DNA of 64,000 nucleotides from Spirochaetia bacterium (GTDB taxonomy: Bacteria; Spirochaetota; Spirochaetia; UBA9216), in contig OY776510.1 of assembly GCA_963675665.1 (NCBI GenBank), forward strand, positions 3,990,019 through 4,054,018. Reading direction: 5' to 3'. The notes under the pieces are model-generated. The model was not told the DNA's origin. It worked only from the letters and a program-made list of their open reading frames with translations, and made no database searches. A program made the translations under genes and the position numbers. Position 1 is the first letter of the stretch, and every line of letters begins with the position of its first letter. Positions 53,378 to 62,165 of this stretch are shown piece by piece.

Positions 53378-54292
53378 TTCCGTGTACAATTTGCCTGATA
53401 TAAGGTAAAGATCTTTCCCGGGAGTTTTTCCTGAAAAGTATTCTGCAATCAGGGTAGTCAGCTCCTGCGCCATTGTATCAAAATCCTGCTCGATTGTTCC
53501 GACAAATGGACCTTTCTTGCCTATTTCGGCCTTTGCAAAGTCGGTACCGTCTATTCCTACAACCTTAATCTCGGTTCTACCGGCGGCCTCAAGCGCCTGA
53601 ACTGTTCCGTAAGCAGGTTCATCCCACCCGGCCCAGATGCCTGCAATAGAACCTTTACTGTTGGCGGTTATCAGGTCTTCGGCTATCTTCCTTGCATTAT
53701 CAACCGGTCCGGGCACATCGATATGGAATTTATTAATTACCTTAATGCCGGGATAGCTGTCGAATACTTCCTGGGCACCGACGGCCCTTGCGCGCACACC
53801 CGGATGCGGGTCATGAGTAAACATTATAACATTACCCTTTCCGCTTATTGTCTCGGCAAGCAGTTCTGCGGTTTTCTTTCCAAGATCAGCATTATCTGAT
53901 GTGATATTAAGCACAACCCCGTCAGCCAGTCCGGCATCAAGACCGAAAACCGGGATCCCAGCTTCCTTTGCGGCGGCAAGGCCCTTGGTCATCTGGGCAG
54001 GGTCTCCCATTCCCAGAACAATCGCATCAACCTTCTGGGCGACTGCATCTTCAATTCGTGAGACCAGCATGCCGAAATCACCGGCAGTATCGGAAACATT
54101 TACCTTCCAGCCTTCGGCTGAGGCATCCTTCCTGAACTGCTCGATTACATAAGCTGTGGTTGCATTAGCCATATAGGGGGTGACAACCGCTACTGTTTTC
54201 GAGTCTGCGGCAGCTTCTGATGTTCCTCCTGCAACTGCCGCCATTGCAGCGATCAGCAACACAAGTACTGAAACAATGATTCGTTTAATCAT
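53375..54292 (-). CDS. Sugar ABC transporter periplasmic substrate-binding protein (PBP type I, RbsB/LsrB-like)
   Basis: 305 aa. Signal/anchor sequence and a Peripla_BP_4-like pattern. Confidence 0.75.
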   Translation of the reverse strand: MIKRIIVSVLVLLIAAMAAVAGGTSEAAADSKTVAVVTPYMANATTAYVIEQFRKDASAEGWKVNVSDTAGDFGMLVSRIEDAVAQKVDAIVLGMGDPAQMTKGLAAAKEAGIPVFGLDAGLADGVVLNITSDNADLGKKTAELLAETISGKGNVIMFTHDPHPGVRARAVGAQEVFDSYPGIKVINKFHIDVPGPVDNARKIAEDLITANSKGSIAGIWAGWDEPAYGTVQALEAAGRTEIKVVGIDGTDFAKAEIGKKGPFVGTIEQDFDTMAQELTTLIAEYFSGKTPGKDLYLISGKLYTE

Positions 54293-54356
54293 TTCTTCCT
54301 CCGTTATTTTGATAATATAAAAGACAATTTCAAACCTGACGTGTTATGAAACAGCC

Positions 54357-55862
54357 TTATAAACCCTTAATATCAGAAAAGGATTCTTTTAAAACAGGAT
54401 ACAGTTTCCTGAAAACAGGACCGGCTTTTCTGTAGAACTCAGTCATGTCATTATCGGGAAAAACAACCGTTTCATCATTTCTAAAAGAACCGGGCAGTTC
54501 AAAGGAATCAAACCAGCCGCTTGCCTTTCCGGCAATAAGGAGGTTGCCTGTAAGACCTGCTTCTGAAGTTGCGGGCGAGAGTATTACGCGGCAGCCGGTA
54601 ACCGAAGCGATTATTTCTGTCCAGAGACTGTTGGATGCGCCCCCACCTGAAATCCTGATTTCCAGGCGTTCATGACTGCCCTCTGTAATCGTCCCGAGAA
54701 TTGAATCAAGCGAATAAGCCACCCCCTCAAGAACAGCCCTGAACATTGCGCCTTTGCCCGTGCCCCTGTTCAGTCCGATAAACGCCCCGCGGGCATCAGG
54801 GTCTCTGAACGGCGAACGCTCGCCGGACAGGTAAGGCAGGTAAAAAACCCCGTTGCTGCCTGGTTTGACGGCAGAAGCTTCTTCCGTAAGGGTATGGAAA
54901 TCAGCTGACGTGCCGGTTGCGCCCGATAATCCGGAGAGTATCCCGGCGGCCCATTCCGTGTTTCCGCCGGCGGTTATCATTGAACCTATATTTATCACTT
55001 TTGAAGGATCCGGATGCTTCAAATTGAATATTCCTGTTGCAGGGTCAACAGTACGGTCACCTGTTGTTGTAATCCAGCCTGAAGTGCCAAGATAACATGA
55101 AAGAACACCGGCAACCCCGGAGCCCGCACCTATAGTCGAAGAGCCTGCGTCGCCGGCCCCGTGTAACACAGTCAGACCGGCCGGAAGTCCGGTAAGTCCT
55201 GAAGCTTCGGCCGAAACTTTTCCTGCCGGTTCATCCGCCCCCTGCAGAACAGGAAACCTTTCTGTGGAAATACCTATAAAATCAGCAAGCCCGCTGTTCC
55301 ATGAGTTTTTATCAAAATCCAGCAGCTGGGTTGTTGATGCATTGGTATAATCCGTTACAAAAGCCCCGGTAAGCTTCCAGCAGATATAATCATGCGCACC
55401 CATCAGAAAAAATGTTTCGTCGTCAGCAAGCTCCGGCCGGTTTTTTCTGAGCCACAGGAATTTTGAAGGAAGCCCCGCTGCATCACTCAGGTTTGCCGAA
55501 GAGGTTATAATACGTTTTTCACCAAACTCACGGTGCAGAAACTTCAGCTCATCAGCAGCACGTGTATCTGAATACAATATGGCGTTTCCGATCGGGTGGC
55601 CGTCTTTGATGCAGACAAGGTCCTGCATTTGCCCGCTGAGAACAATAAGCTCAAAATCATTACGCTCAGATTGATTCAACAGCTCTTTTGTTCCTCTGTA
55701 GAAAGCGTTCCACCAGTGTTCAGGATCCTGCTCGGCTCTTGTTCCGTCGGTTATAACGGGGTAGTTTTCCGAAGCTGAGGCGAGAACTTCCCCGCCTTCA
55801 GTAATTATAGCCAGCTTTACAGCGGTAGTTCCGATATCGGCCGACAGAATAACACTTTTCAT
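54357..55862 (-). CDS. FGGY-family carbohydrate kinase (xylulokinase-like)
   Basis: 501 aa. N-terminal ADIGTTAVKLAI motif. FGGY N- and C-terminal domains. Confidence 0.8.
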   Translation of the reverse strand: MKSVILSADIGTTAVKLAIITEGGEVLASASENYPVITDGTRAEQDPEHWWNAFYRGTKELLNQSERNDFELIVLSGQMQDLVCIKDGHPIGNAILYSDTRAADELKFLHREFGEKRIITSSANLSDAAGLPSKFLWLRKNRPELADDETFFLMGAHDYICWKLTGAFVTDYTNASTTQLLDFDKNSWNSGLADFIGISTERFPVLQGADEPAGKVSAEASGLTGLPAGLTVLHGAGDAGSSTIGAGSGVAGVLSCYLGTSGWITTTGDRTVDPATGIFNLKHPDPSKVINIGSMITAGGNTEWAAGILSGLSGATGTSADFHTLTEEASAVKPGSNGVFYLPYLSGERSPFRDPDARGAFIGLNRGTGKGAMFRAVLEGVAYSLDSILGTITEGSHERLEIRISGGGASNSLWTEIIASVTGCRVILSPATSEAGLTGNLLIAGKASGWFDSFELPGSFRNDETVVFPDNDMTEFYRKAGPVFRKLYPVLKESFSDIKGL

Positions 55863-56647
55863 GCAACCTCCAGGAACTGCCTGAACCGGGACAGATAACC
55901 CGAGATTTTGTTATCTCCGCCGATGACTGCTTTCAGAAAGGATGTGCCGACTATAACGGCGTCAGCGCCGGCCTTCTCTGCTTCAACCGCATCAGCCGGA
56001 GAGTTAATACCGAAACCGACGCCGACGGGAAGGCGTTCGGGCGCTGCCAGCCGCTTTGCCATATCAAGCCGTCTGAGAAACGATTCTCCGACGGAGAATT
56101 GTCCCCCGGTCGGGCCTTCCGACGACTGAAGATAAAGAAAACCGCTTGTAAGGCCGATTATCTCTTTCATCTCTTTTTCAGAAAGTCCCGTTACCGCAAA
56201 ACTGACAACCTCTACTCCTGTTTTCGAAGCCTCAACAAAAAGCTTTCTCCGGTTTTCCATGGTGATATCAGGAACAAGGACCGCACTGATTCCGCATTCC
56301 GCACAGTCGGAAACCAGTTCCCTTATTCCGTACTGAATAAGGGTATGCTCATAAAGCATCGTAATACCGTTAAGCCCGCAGGCGGTTATAATCTTTCCGG
56401 AATCAATGTTGAATGCCGAAATACTTCTGTCCGCTCTGGTCAGTTTTGAAAGTGTGCCTTTAATCAGTTCACCGTCAAGAAAGGGTGTAGCCGTCGGCAT
56501 TCCGACCTCAATAAACTTCAGTCCGCCTTCGGCCAGTTGCCGGACTATACGGAGAAATCCGTCGTTGTCCGGAAAAAGCGCCGGAAGATACCCGATAAGA
56601 GGCGCCCTTTTTCGTTTTTCAATAAAATTGAATATTTCGTTTTTCAT
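55859..56647 (-). CDS. Tryptophan synthase alpha-chain family (TrpA-like) TIM-barrel protein embedded in a sugar transport/kinase operon
   Basis: 262 aa. Aligns block-by-block with TrpA: IEVGMPTATPFLDGELIK vs ELGIPFSDPLADGPTIQ; GISAVLVPDITMEN vs GVDSVLVADVPVEE; VGFGINSPADAVEAEKAGADAVIVGTSFLK vs [30 protein letters not shown]. No trpB nearby. Confidence 0.7.
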   Translation of the reverse strand: MKNEIFNFIEKRKRAPLIGYLPALFPDNDGFLRIVRQLAEGGLKFIEVGMPTATPFLDGELIKGTLSKLTRADRSISAFNIDSGKIITACGLNGITMLYEHTLIQYGIRELVSDCAECGISAVLVPDITMENRRKLFVEASKTGVEVVSFAVTGLSEKEMKEIIGLTSGFLYLQSSEGPTGGQFSVGESFLRRLDMAKRLAAPERLPVGVGFGINSPADAVEAEKAGADAVIVGTSFLKAVIGGDNKISGYLSRFRQFLEVA

Positions 56648-57642
56648 CAGCCCTTCTTCTTGGCAAGACTTGAAACAAGGACTGCCAGTATTATTATCAT
56701 GCCGGTAAGGATCGATTGGACATAGGTGTTTATACCCAGAATATTAAGCCCGTTGCCCATCACCCCCATTATAAAAACCCCAAGCAGGGTCCCCCATACA
56801 TTGGCCTCGCCTTCCCTGAATGCCGTCATTCCTAGAAAAACTGCTGCCGCTGCATTTAGCATAAACGGCGCGCCGGCCTGGGGATGCGCTGAATACAGGC
56901 GGCTTGTAAGCACAATTCCGCCGAGAGCAGCAAAAAATCCGGATATGCCGAAGGCCGCCATGCGAATCCTTCTTGTATTTATTCCGGAAAGAAATGAAGC
57001 TTCCTCGTTGCCGCCAATCGCATAAAGCCTGCGCCCGTAAACCGTCTGTTCAACAAGGGTATAAATAATTACAAGTACCAGGAGCATTATCAAAACGGAC
57101 ACCGGAATAAATCCCAGATTCCCCTGCCCGATAAACCTGAAATTCTCCGGCAGTCCGAAAATTGTCGTCCCCTTCGACAAAAGAAGAGCGGCGCCCCCGT
57201 AGGCAGTCATGGTTGCCAGCGTACCTACAAAGGCCGACAGCCCCCCGTAAGCGATAAGCAGGCCATTCAACAGCCCAGCCGCTGTTCCGATTCCAAGAGC
57301 ACAGATTATGCTCACAGCGGTGCCGGCGCCGGCCTGCATCATCATTGCGGCAATTATTCCGACCAGGCTTGATACCGCCCCTACCGACAGGTCAAAATCA
57401 CCCGTAATCATTACCACAGTCACGCCGGAAGCAACTATTGAAAGGGTTGCGACCTGTTCGATAATATTTCTCAGGTTTCTGGCCGACGGAAAAACATCCG
57501 GCCTGATCAGCGTAAAGATGATCATCAGCAGAATGAAACAAAGAAGTGTGCCCCAGGTTCTTATAAGTCTCACCGGGTTCAGTTTTTCAGTTCGGTATTT
57601 ATTTTCTGTTAAATCCATTTTCAGTTTTTCCTTCCATAGCAA
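56647..57642 (-). CDS. Sugar ABC transporter permease (RbsC/BPD_transp_2 type)
   Basis: 331 aa polytopic protein with the ribose/xylose-type permease pattern. Confidence 0.8.
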   Translation of the reverse strand: MLWKEKLKMDLTENKYRTEKLNPVRLIRTWGTLLCFILLMIIFTLIRPDVFPSARNLRNIIEQVATLSIVASGVTVVMITGDFDLSVGAVSSLVGIIAAMMMQAGAGTAVSIICALGIGTAAGLLNGLLIAYGGLSAFVGTLATMTAYGGAALLLSKGTTIFGLPENFRFIGQGNLGFIPVSVLIMLLVLVIIYTLVEQTVYGRRLYAIGGNEEASFLSGINTRRIRMAAFGISGFFAALGGIVLTSRLYSAHPQAGAPFMLNAAAAVFLGMTAFREGEANVWGTLLGVFIMGVMGNGLNILGINTYVQSILTGMIIILAVLVSSLAKKKG

Positions 57643-59117
57643 AAATTAAGATACTGCTCCTGATTTATTCCCGAGTTTTTTTCAACAAAAGTCTGTTTGC
57701 CTTCGAAAAGAAAAAGTATTCTGTCGCAAAGACCTAAAATCTCATTAAAATCGGAACTTACAAGCAGTACAGCCGCACCTGCGTCGGCTATTTTCCTGAT
57801 TAGTGTATAAATCTCGAAGCGTGCTCCGACATCGACGCCTTTGGACGGCTCATCAAGCAGCAGTAGCCTGGGCGGGTTGAGAATCGTTTTAGCAAAAACA
57901 ACTTTCTGCTGGTTACCCCCCGAGAGAGTTCCGGCATGGTTTCTGTAATCGGCTGTTTTAAGTTTAACATCCTTCCCCACGGACTCTGCGGCCTGCCTGA
58001 GCTGCTTGTGTCTCAAAAACCCAAGCGAGGCAAGAGAATCAAGATACATAAGGGAAATATTGTCATAGATTGCCCTGTTCAGAACAAGCCCCTGTTTACG
58101 TCTTTCCTCGGGCACAAGTACAACGCCCTGCTTTACCGCCTGTTTGGGAGAGGAAGGCTTGTATTCACTGCCGGAAAGCTGCATACTGCCGTTTTCAAGC
58201 TTTCTGGCCCCGAAGATAGTCTCAAGCAGCTCAGTCCGGCCGGCCCCGACAAGACCGCCTATCCCCAGGATTTCACCGCTTTTCACATCGAAATTGATAT
58301 TATTGATATCGGAATTTCGGCAATTTTCCATTCTGAAGACAGTATTCCCCCGTACAGACTTTTTTTCCGGAAAAACCGACCCGAGATCACGGCCTATCAT
58401 CAGTGATATCAGTTTGTCTTTATCGAGTTCCGATGCCGGACTTTCTTTAACAACCTGCCCGTCTCTCATCACCGTTACGCTGTCACAGATTCTCAGGACA
58501 TCATCAAGATTGTGCGACACATAGACTATGGTCCGCCCCTGCTGCTTCAGTACGCTTATGACCTCAAACAGCTTCTCCTTCTCGATATCAGTCAAAGCAG
58601 TTGCCGGTTCATCCATAAAATAAATGGAACCGTCTACCGCAAACCCCCTGGCTACTGCAATCATTGCCCTTTCAACAGCCGACAGATAGGATACAGGCCT
58701 GTTTATCGGGATTTTCATATTCAGCCTGTCAAGGATTTCAACTGTTCTTTTTCTCAGCCCTCTCCAGTTGATGAGCCTGCCGGGTTTTTCAGGGTAATCA
58801 TGACCGAGAAATATATTTTCACATGCATTGAAATAATCAATCAGGTTCAGTTCCTGGTGAATAAAACAAAGCCCGGCATCTGAAGAATCTCTTGCTGTTT
58901 TTATATCGATCTTTTTACCGTTAACAAGAATGTCGCCTGAATCAGGTTTAACCACACCTGCAAGAGATTTTATCAAAGTTGATTTCCCCGCTCCGTTCTC
59001 TCCTACCAGACCGTGTACGGTACCCTTTTCAAAATCGAGATCCACGCCTTTGAGTGCATGGACACCCGCGTAGGATTTACTCAGACCTTTTACGGTCAGT
59101 GCTGAAGTCTGCTTCAT
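57621..59117 (-). CDS. Sugar ABC transporter ATP-binding protein (tandem ABC domains, RbsA/LsrA type)
   Basis: 498 aa. Two Walker A/signature/Walker B sets (GENGAGKST ... LSGGNQQK). Confidence 0.85.
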   Translation of the reverse strand: MKQTSALTVKGLSKSYAGVHALKGVDLDFEKGTVHGLVGENGAGKSTLIKSLAGVVKPDSGDILVNGKKIDIKTARDSSDAGLCFIHQELNLIDYFNACENIFLGHDYPEKPGRLINWRGLRKRTVEILDRLNMKIPINRPVSYLSAVERAMIAVARGFAVDGSIYFMDEPATALTDIEKEKLFEVISVLKQQGRTIVYVSHNLDDVLRICDSVTVMRDGQVVKESPASELDKDKLISLMIGRDLGSVFPEKKSVRGNTVFRMENCRNSDINNINFDVKSGEILGIGGLVGAGRTELLETIFGARKLENGSMQLSGSEYKPSSPKQAVKQGVVLVPEERRKQGLVLNRAIYDNISLMYLDSLASLGFLRHKQLRQAAESVGKDVKLKTADYRNHAGTLSGGNQQKVVFAKTILNPPRLLLLDEPSKGVDVGARFEIYTLIRKIADAGAAVLLVSSDFNEILGLCDRILFLFEGKQTFVEKNSGINQEQYLNFCYGRKN

Positions 59118-59918
59118 CTACTCAAGGTCCTCCCAGAGTCCGGCATCGGAAAACCTGTCCGTCTCATTGCTTTCATCTTTCCGCCTGATTATATATTTAA
59201 ATTTATTGTTCCTGCCGTATCTTGCCGATGCAATAAAAACAGATTGCCCCGGAAGAAATGCTTCATCAAAAATCACAACCCTGCCGTCAAGACTTAGGCT
59301 GATTCTTTGCGACAGGAAAACCGGCTCTCCCGAATTCACTTCAAGCAATCCGGATTCCGGTTCGGCAATAACAGCCGGAATAACTATCTCGCGACCTTTT
59401 GTAAGCATCAGTCCCGCTTTTTCCGACATAATCTGATACAGTGAAGATTCCCGGCTGTAAGTTTCAATTATCTCTTTATATTCATCGGGAATATATGATC
59501 GCTGAAGTATTACCGGTTTTTCCCCGATTTTTCTTAATCTTGTCAACACTGAAAATTTTTCAACATTGTCTTTAAAAATACGTTTAACCTTGCTGTTTTT
59601 AATGCCGTAATCTTTTTGAATGATTTCCGTACTGATTTTCATGGATTTTGAATCCATCTCATTCTGAAAACCCTGCAGTGAAATATTCTCCGAATGCATT
59701 CTTTGCGCCGACACAAAAGTCCCCGTACCGTGAACAACCGAGATCAGCCCTTCTTCTTCAAGCACAGACAAAGCCTGTCTTATTGTCATTACCGATGTTT
59801 TAAAGCTCACAGAGAGCTCTTTCTGACTGGGAAGCAATGTTCCGTTCTGCAGAGCCCCGTCTATAATTCTGTTTTTCAGCACCCGGGCAATTTCCAGGTA
59901 TCTTAACTGTTTAGCCAT
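59118..59918 (-). CDS. GntR/HutC-family transcriptional regulator (wHTH plus UTRA effector domain)
   Basis: 266 aa. N-terminal GntR HTH (LPSQKELSVSFKTSVMTIRQALSVLEEEGLI). C-terminal UTRA-like domain. First gene of the minus-strand sugar operon. Confidence 0.8.
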   Translation of the reverse strand: MAKQLRYLEIARVLKNRIIDGALQNGTLLPSQKELSVSFKTSVMTIRQALSVLEEEGLISVVHGTGTFVSAQRMHSENISLQGFQNEMDSKSMKISTEIIQKDYGIKNSKVKRIFKDNVEKFSVLTRLRKIGEKPVILQRSYIPDEYKEIIETYSRESSLYQIMSEKAGLMLTKGREIVIPAVIAEPESGLLEVNSGEPVFLSQRISLSLDGRVVIFDEAFLPGQSVFIASARYGRNNKFKYIIRRKDESNETDRFSDAGLWEDLE

Positions 59919-59971
59919 TCTCTACTCTTATAGTTATATAGACTTCTAGATGTCTGTATTTTAAATATATA

Positions 59972-59986
59972 TTGACAATCTGTCAA
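59972..59986. promoter_or_regulatory. Perfect palindrome TTGACA-atc-TGTCAA upstream of the gntR-family gene (candidate autoregulatory operator)
   Basis: 6-bp arms with a 3-bp spacer, ~55 bp upstream of the regulator start. GntR/HutC operators are short palindromes of this type. Confidence 0.3.
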
Positions 59987-60196
59987 TCTTTTTTTTGCTT
60001 AGAAACCTGAAACTGAACAGTGCTTCTGCTCATAGAAACATTATGACTGATTTTCCTGCCATATTGCAAGAAGGATTAAGAAAATTCGTCAATTTATAAG
60101 AATACAGATATTTATGTTTTAAACGCCTGACTTTCTGCAGGAGTATCCTTGACAATTCATATTTCAAAAGTTATGTTTAGTACAAATTATTGCACC

Positions 60197-60370
60197 GGTA
60201 ATAGAGGCGCGGTATTCAATCAGTAGTATGCAGAGGAAGCGGGTTCCGAAGAAGCATTATGAAAGGTGAAACCGCCGAAGGGTTTTTTCAGCCGCTGGAA
60301 GAATTCTGGGATTAAAAGAGAATACTTTTAATACTGTCAGTGTTTTCATAACGCTGGGGCGCTATCTACC
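60197..60370 (+). promoter_or_regulatory. Lysine riboswitch (L-box) in the dapB-dapA leader
   Basis: Contains the L-box hallmarks: GGTAATAGAGGCGCGG (P1 5-prime strand plus the GAGG.GC box), GGTGAAACCGCCGAAGGG, CUGGAAG and the closing GGGGCGCTATCTACC. The closing strand pairs with the 5-prime GGUAAUAG, compare B. subtilis lysC AGATAGAGGTGCG...GGGCTATCT. About 174 nt long. Preceded by a TTGACA-17-TATGTT promoter at 60150-60178. Confidence 0.65.
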
Positions 60371-60435
60371 ATAACCTTTCAGAGTTGCAGCATCCTGTAG
60401 CCTCTTGATTCCGGGCAAAGAATAAGGGGTAAATA

Positions 60436-61194
60436 TTGGTCAGGGTAATTTTAATAGGCTCAAACGGCAGAATGGGACAGGTACTCACTTCTCTTATTGA
60501 TGCAAGAGAAGGGATGGCAGTAACCGCCGGTATTGATCTAAATACAAAATCAGAAAACTATCCGGTTTTTAACAGCCTTCAGGACTTCAATGGTAAAGCA
60601 GATGTAATTATTGATTTCTCACACCCGGATACTATCAGTGGTTATCTACCGGAAGCCGTAAAAAGAAAACTCCCTGTTGTAATTGCAACAACCGGTCTTT
60701 CAGATAAAATAATTACGATGATCAATGAAGCTTCAGAAAAGATCCCTGTATTCATATCAGCAAATATGTCTCTTGGAATCAATCTTCTGCAGCAGCTTAT
60801 AAGCAAAGCAGCCATGGTACTCGGAAATGAGTTCGAGGTTGAAATAGTTGAAAAACATCATAAAATGAAAAAGGATTCTCCGAGCGGAACAGCGTTAATG
60901 CTGGCTGACTCGATCAATAAAGTTAAAGGAAACAAGTTCAGAAAGGTTTGTGGACGCGAAGGCACTGATTGCCTTCGTCAGTCTGATGAGATTGGCATCC
61001 ATGCGGTGCGCGGAGGCACAATAGTGGGGGAACATGATGTATATTTTACCGGTACCGACGAGGTCATTAAAATCGGGCATATTGCATATTCCAGAAATGT
61101 GTTCGCAACAGGCGCTATAGCCGCCGCTGAGTTTTTATACAAATGCAAACCCGGCATCTATGACATGCAGGATCTTATCAGCAGCTCGGTCTGA
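60436..61194 (+). CDS. dapB: 4-hydroxy-tetrahydrodipicolinate reductase
   Basis: 252 aa from a TTG start with an AAGGGG RBS. DapB N-terminal Rossmann motif (ILIGSNGRMGQ) and C-terminal domain. Confidence 0.9.
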   Translation: MVRVILIGSNGRMGQVLTSLIDAREGMAVTAGIDLNTKSENYPVFNSLQDFNGKADVIIDFSHPDTISGYLPEAVKRKLPVVIATTGLSDKIITMINEASEKIPVFISANMSLGINLLQQLISKAAMVLGNEFEVEIVEKHHKMKKDSPSGTALMLADSINKVKGNKFRKVCGREGTDCLRQSDEIGIHAVRGGTIVGEHDVYFTGTDEVIKIGHIAYSRNVFATGAIAAAEFLYKCKPGIYDMQDLISSSV

Positions 61195-61222
61195 CCAAAA
61201 CCGACTATTCAGGAGGAAATTA

Positions 61223-62101
61223 ATGAAACTTGAAGGTGTCTTTACAGCACTGGTAACCCCGTTCAATGATGAAGGGGCTGTCGATGAAAAATGTTTGCGC
61301 GATCTTGTGGATTTTCAGATAGCCAAAGGAATTTCAGGCCTTGTTCCGGTTGGGACCACCGGTGAAAGCCCGACTCTCAATCACCAGGAACACGACAAGG
61401 TTATTGAGACTGTAATTGAACAGACAGATAAACGTGTTCCTGTAATAGCCGGTACAGGCTCCAATTCAACTGCAGAAGCTATCAGACTTACCAAACACGC
61501 AAAAGAAGCGGGCGCGGATCTTAGTCTTCAGGTTGCCCCTTACTACAACAAACCGTCCCAGGAAGGTTTTTACAGGCATTTCATGGCAATAGCTGATGCT
61601 ATCGACATGCCCATGGTCGTTTACAATATCCCTGGACGAAGCGGCAAAAATATTGAGAACAGCACCATGCTGAAGCTTGCCGATCACCCGAATATAGTTG
61701 CTGTCAAGGAAGCCAGCGGCAGCATCCCGCAGGTTATGGATCTCTGCCTGAAAAAACCCGATGATTTCACGATTTTGTCCGGCGACGATAATCTGGGACT
61801 GCCTATAATCGCCTGCGGAGGACGGGGAATTATCTCTGTTGCTTCAAACATCATACCTGAAGAAATGGAAGAACTTGTAAGAAGCGCCAATGCCGGAAAT
61901 TTTGAAAAAGCCAGGGAAATGCATTATCAGCTTCTGCCCTTCTTCAAGGCTCTTTTCATAGATACAAACCCTGTGCCGGTTAAATACGGATGCTTTCTGA
62001 AAGGAATGATGAAAGAAGTATACAGGCTTCCGCTTTGCGGAATGAGTGATGAATATAAAAAAGATTTCGAAGAAATTATGAAGAAAACCGGACTTCTTTA
62101 G
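61223..62101 (+). CDS. dapA: 4-hydroxy-tetrahydrodipicolinate synthase
   Basis: 293 aa from the ATG at 61223 (AGGAGG RBS). DHDPS motifs (GVFTALVTPF, VPVGTTGESPTL, the Schiff-base Lys region VAVKEASG). Confidence 0.9.
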   Translation: MKLEGVFTALVTPFNDEGAVDEKCLRDLVDFQIAKGISGLVPVGTTGESPTLNHQEHDKVIETVIEQTDKRVPVIAGTGSNSTAEAIRLTKHAKEAGADLSLQVAPYYNKPSQEGFYRHFMAIADAIDMPMVVYNIPGRSGKNIENSTMLKLADHPNIVAVKEASGSIPQVMDLCLKKPDDFTILSGDDNLGLPIIACGGRGIISVASNIIPEEMEELVRSANAGNFEKAREMHYQLLPFFKALFIDTNPVPVKYGCFLKGMMKEVYRLPLCGMSDEYKKDFEEIMKKTGLL

Positions 62102-62115
62102 TCCTGATAATAAGT

Positions 62116-62151
62116 AAAAGGCCATCCTGTTTTACCGGATGGCCTTTTTTT
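62116..62151. terminator. Bidirectional rho-independent terminator between dapA and the convergent HEAT-repeat gene
   Basis: AAAAGGCCATCC-tgtttta-CCGGATGGCCTTTTTTT. Confidence 0.6.
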
Positions 62152-62165
62152 CAAATACTGATAAT

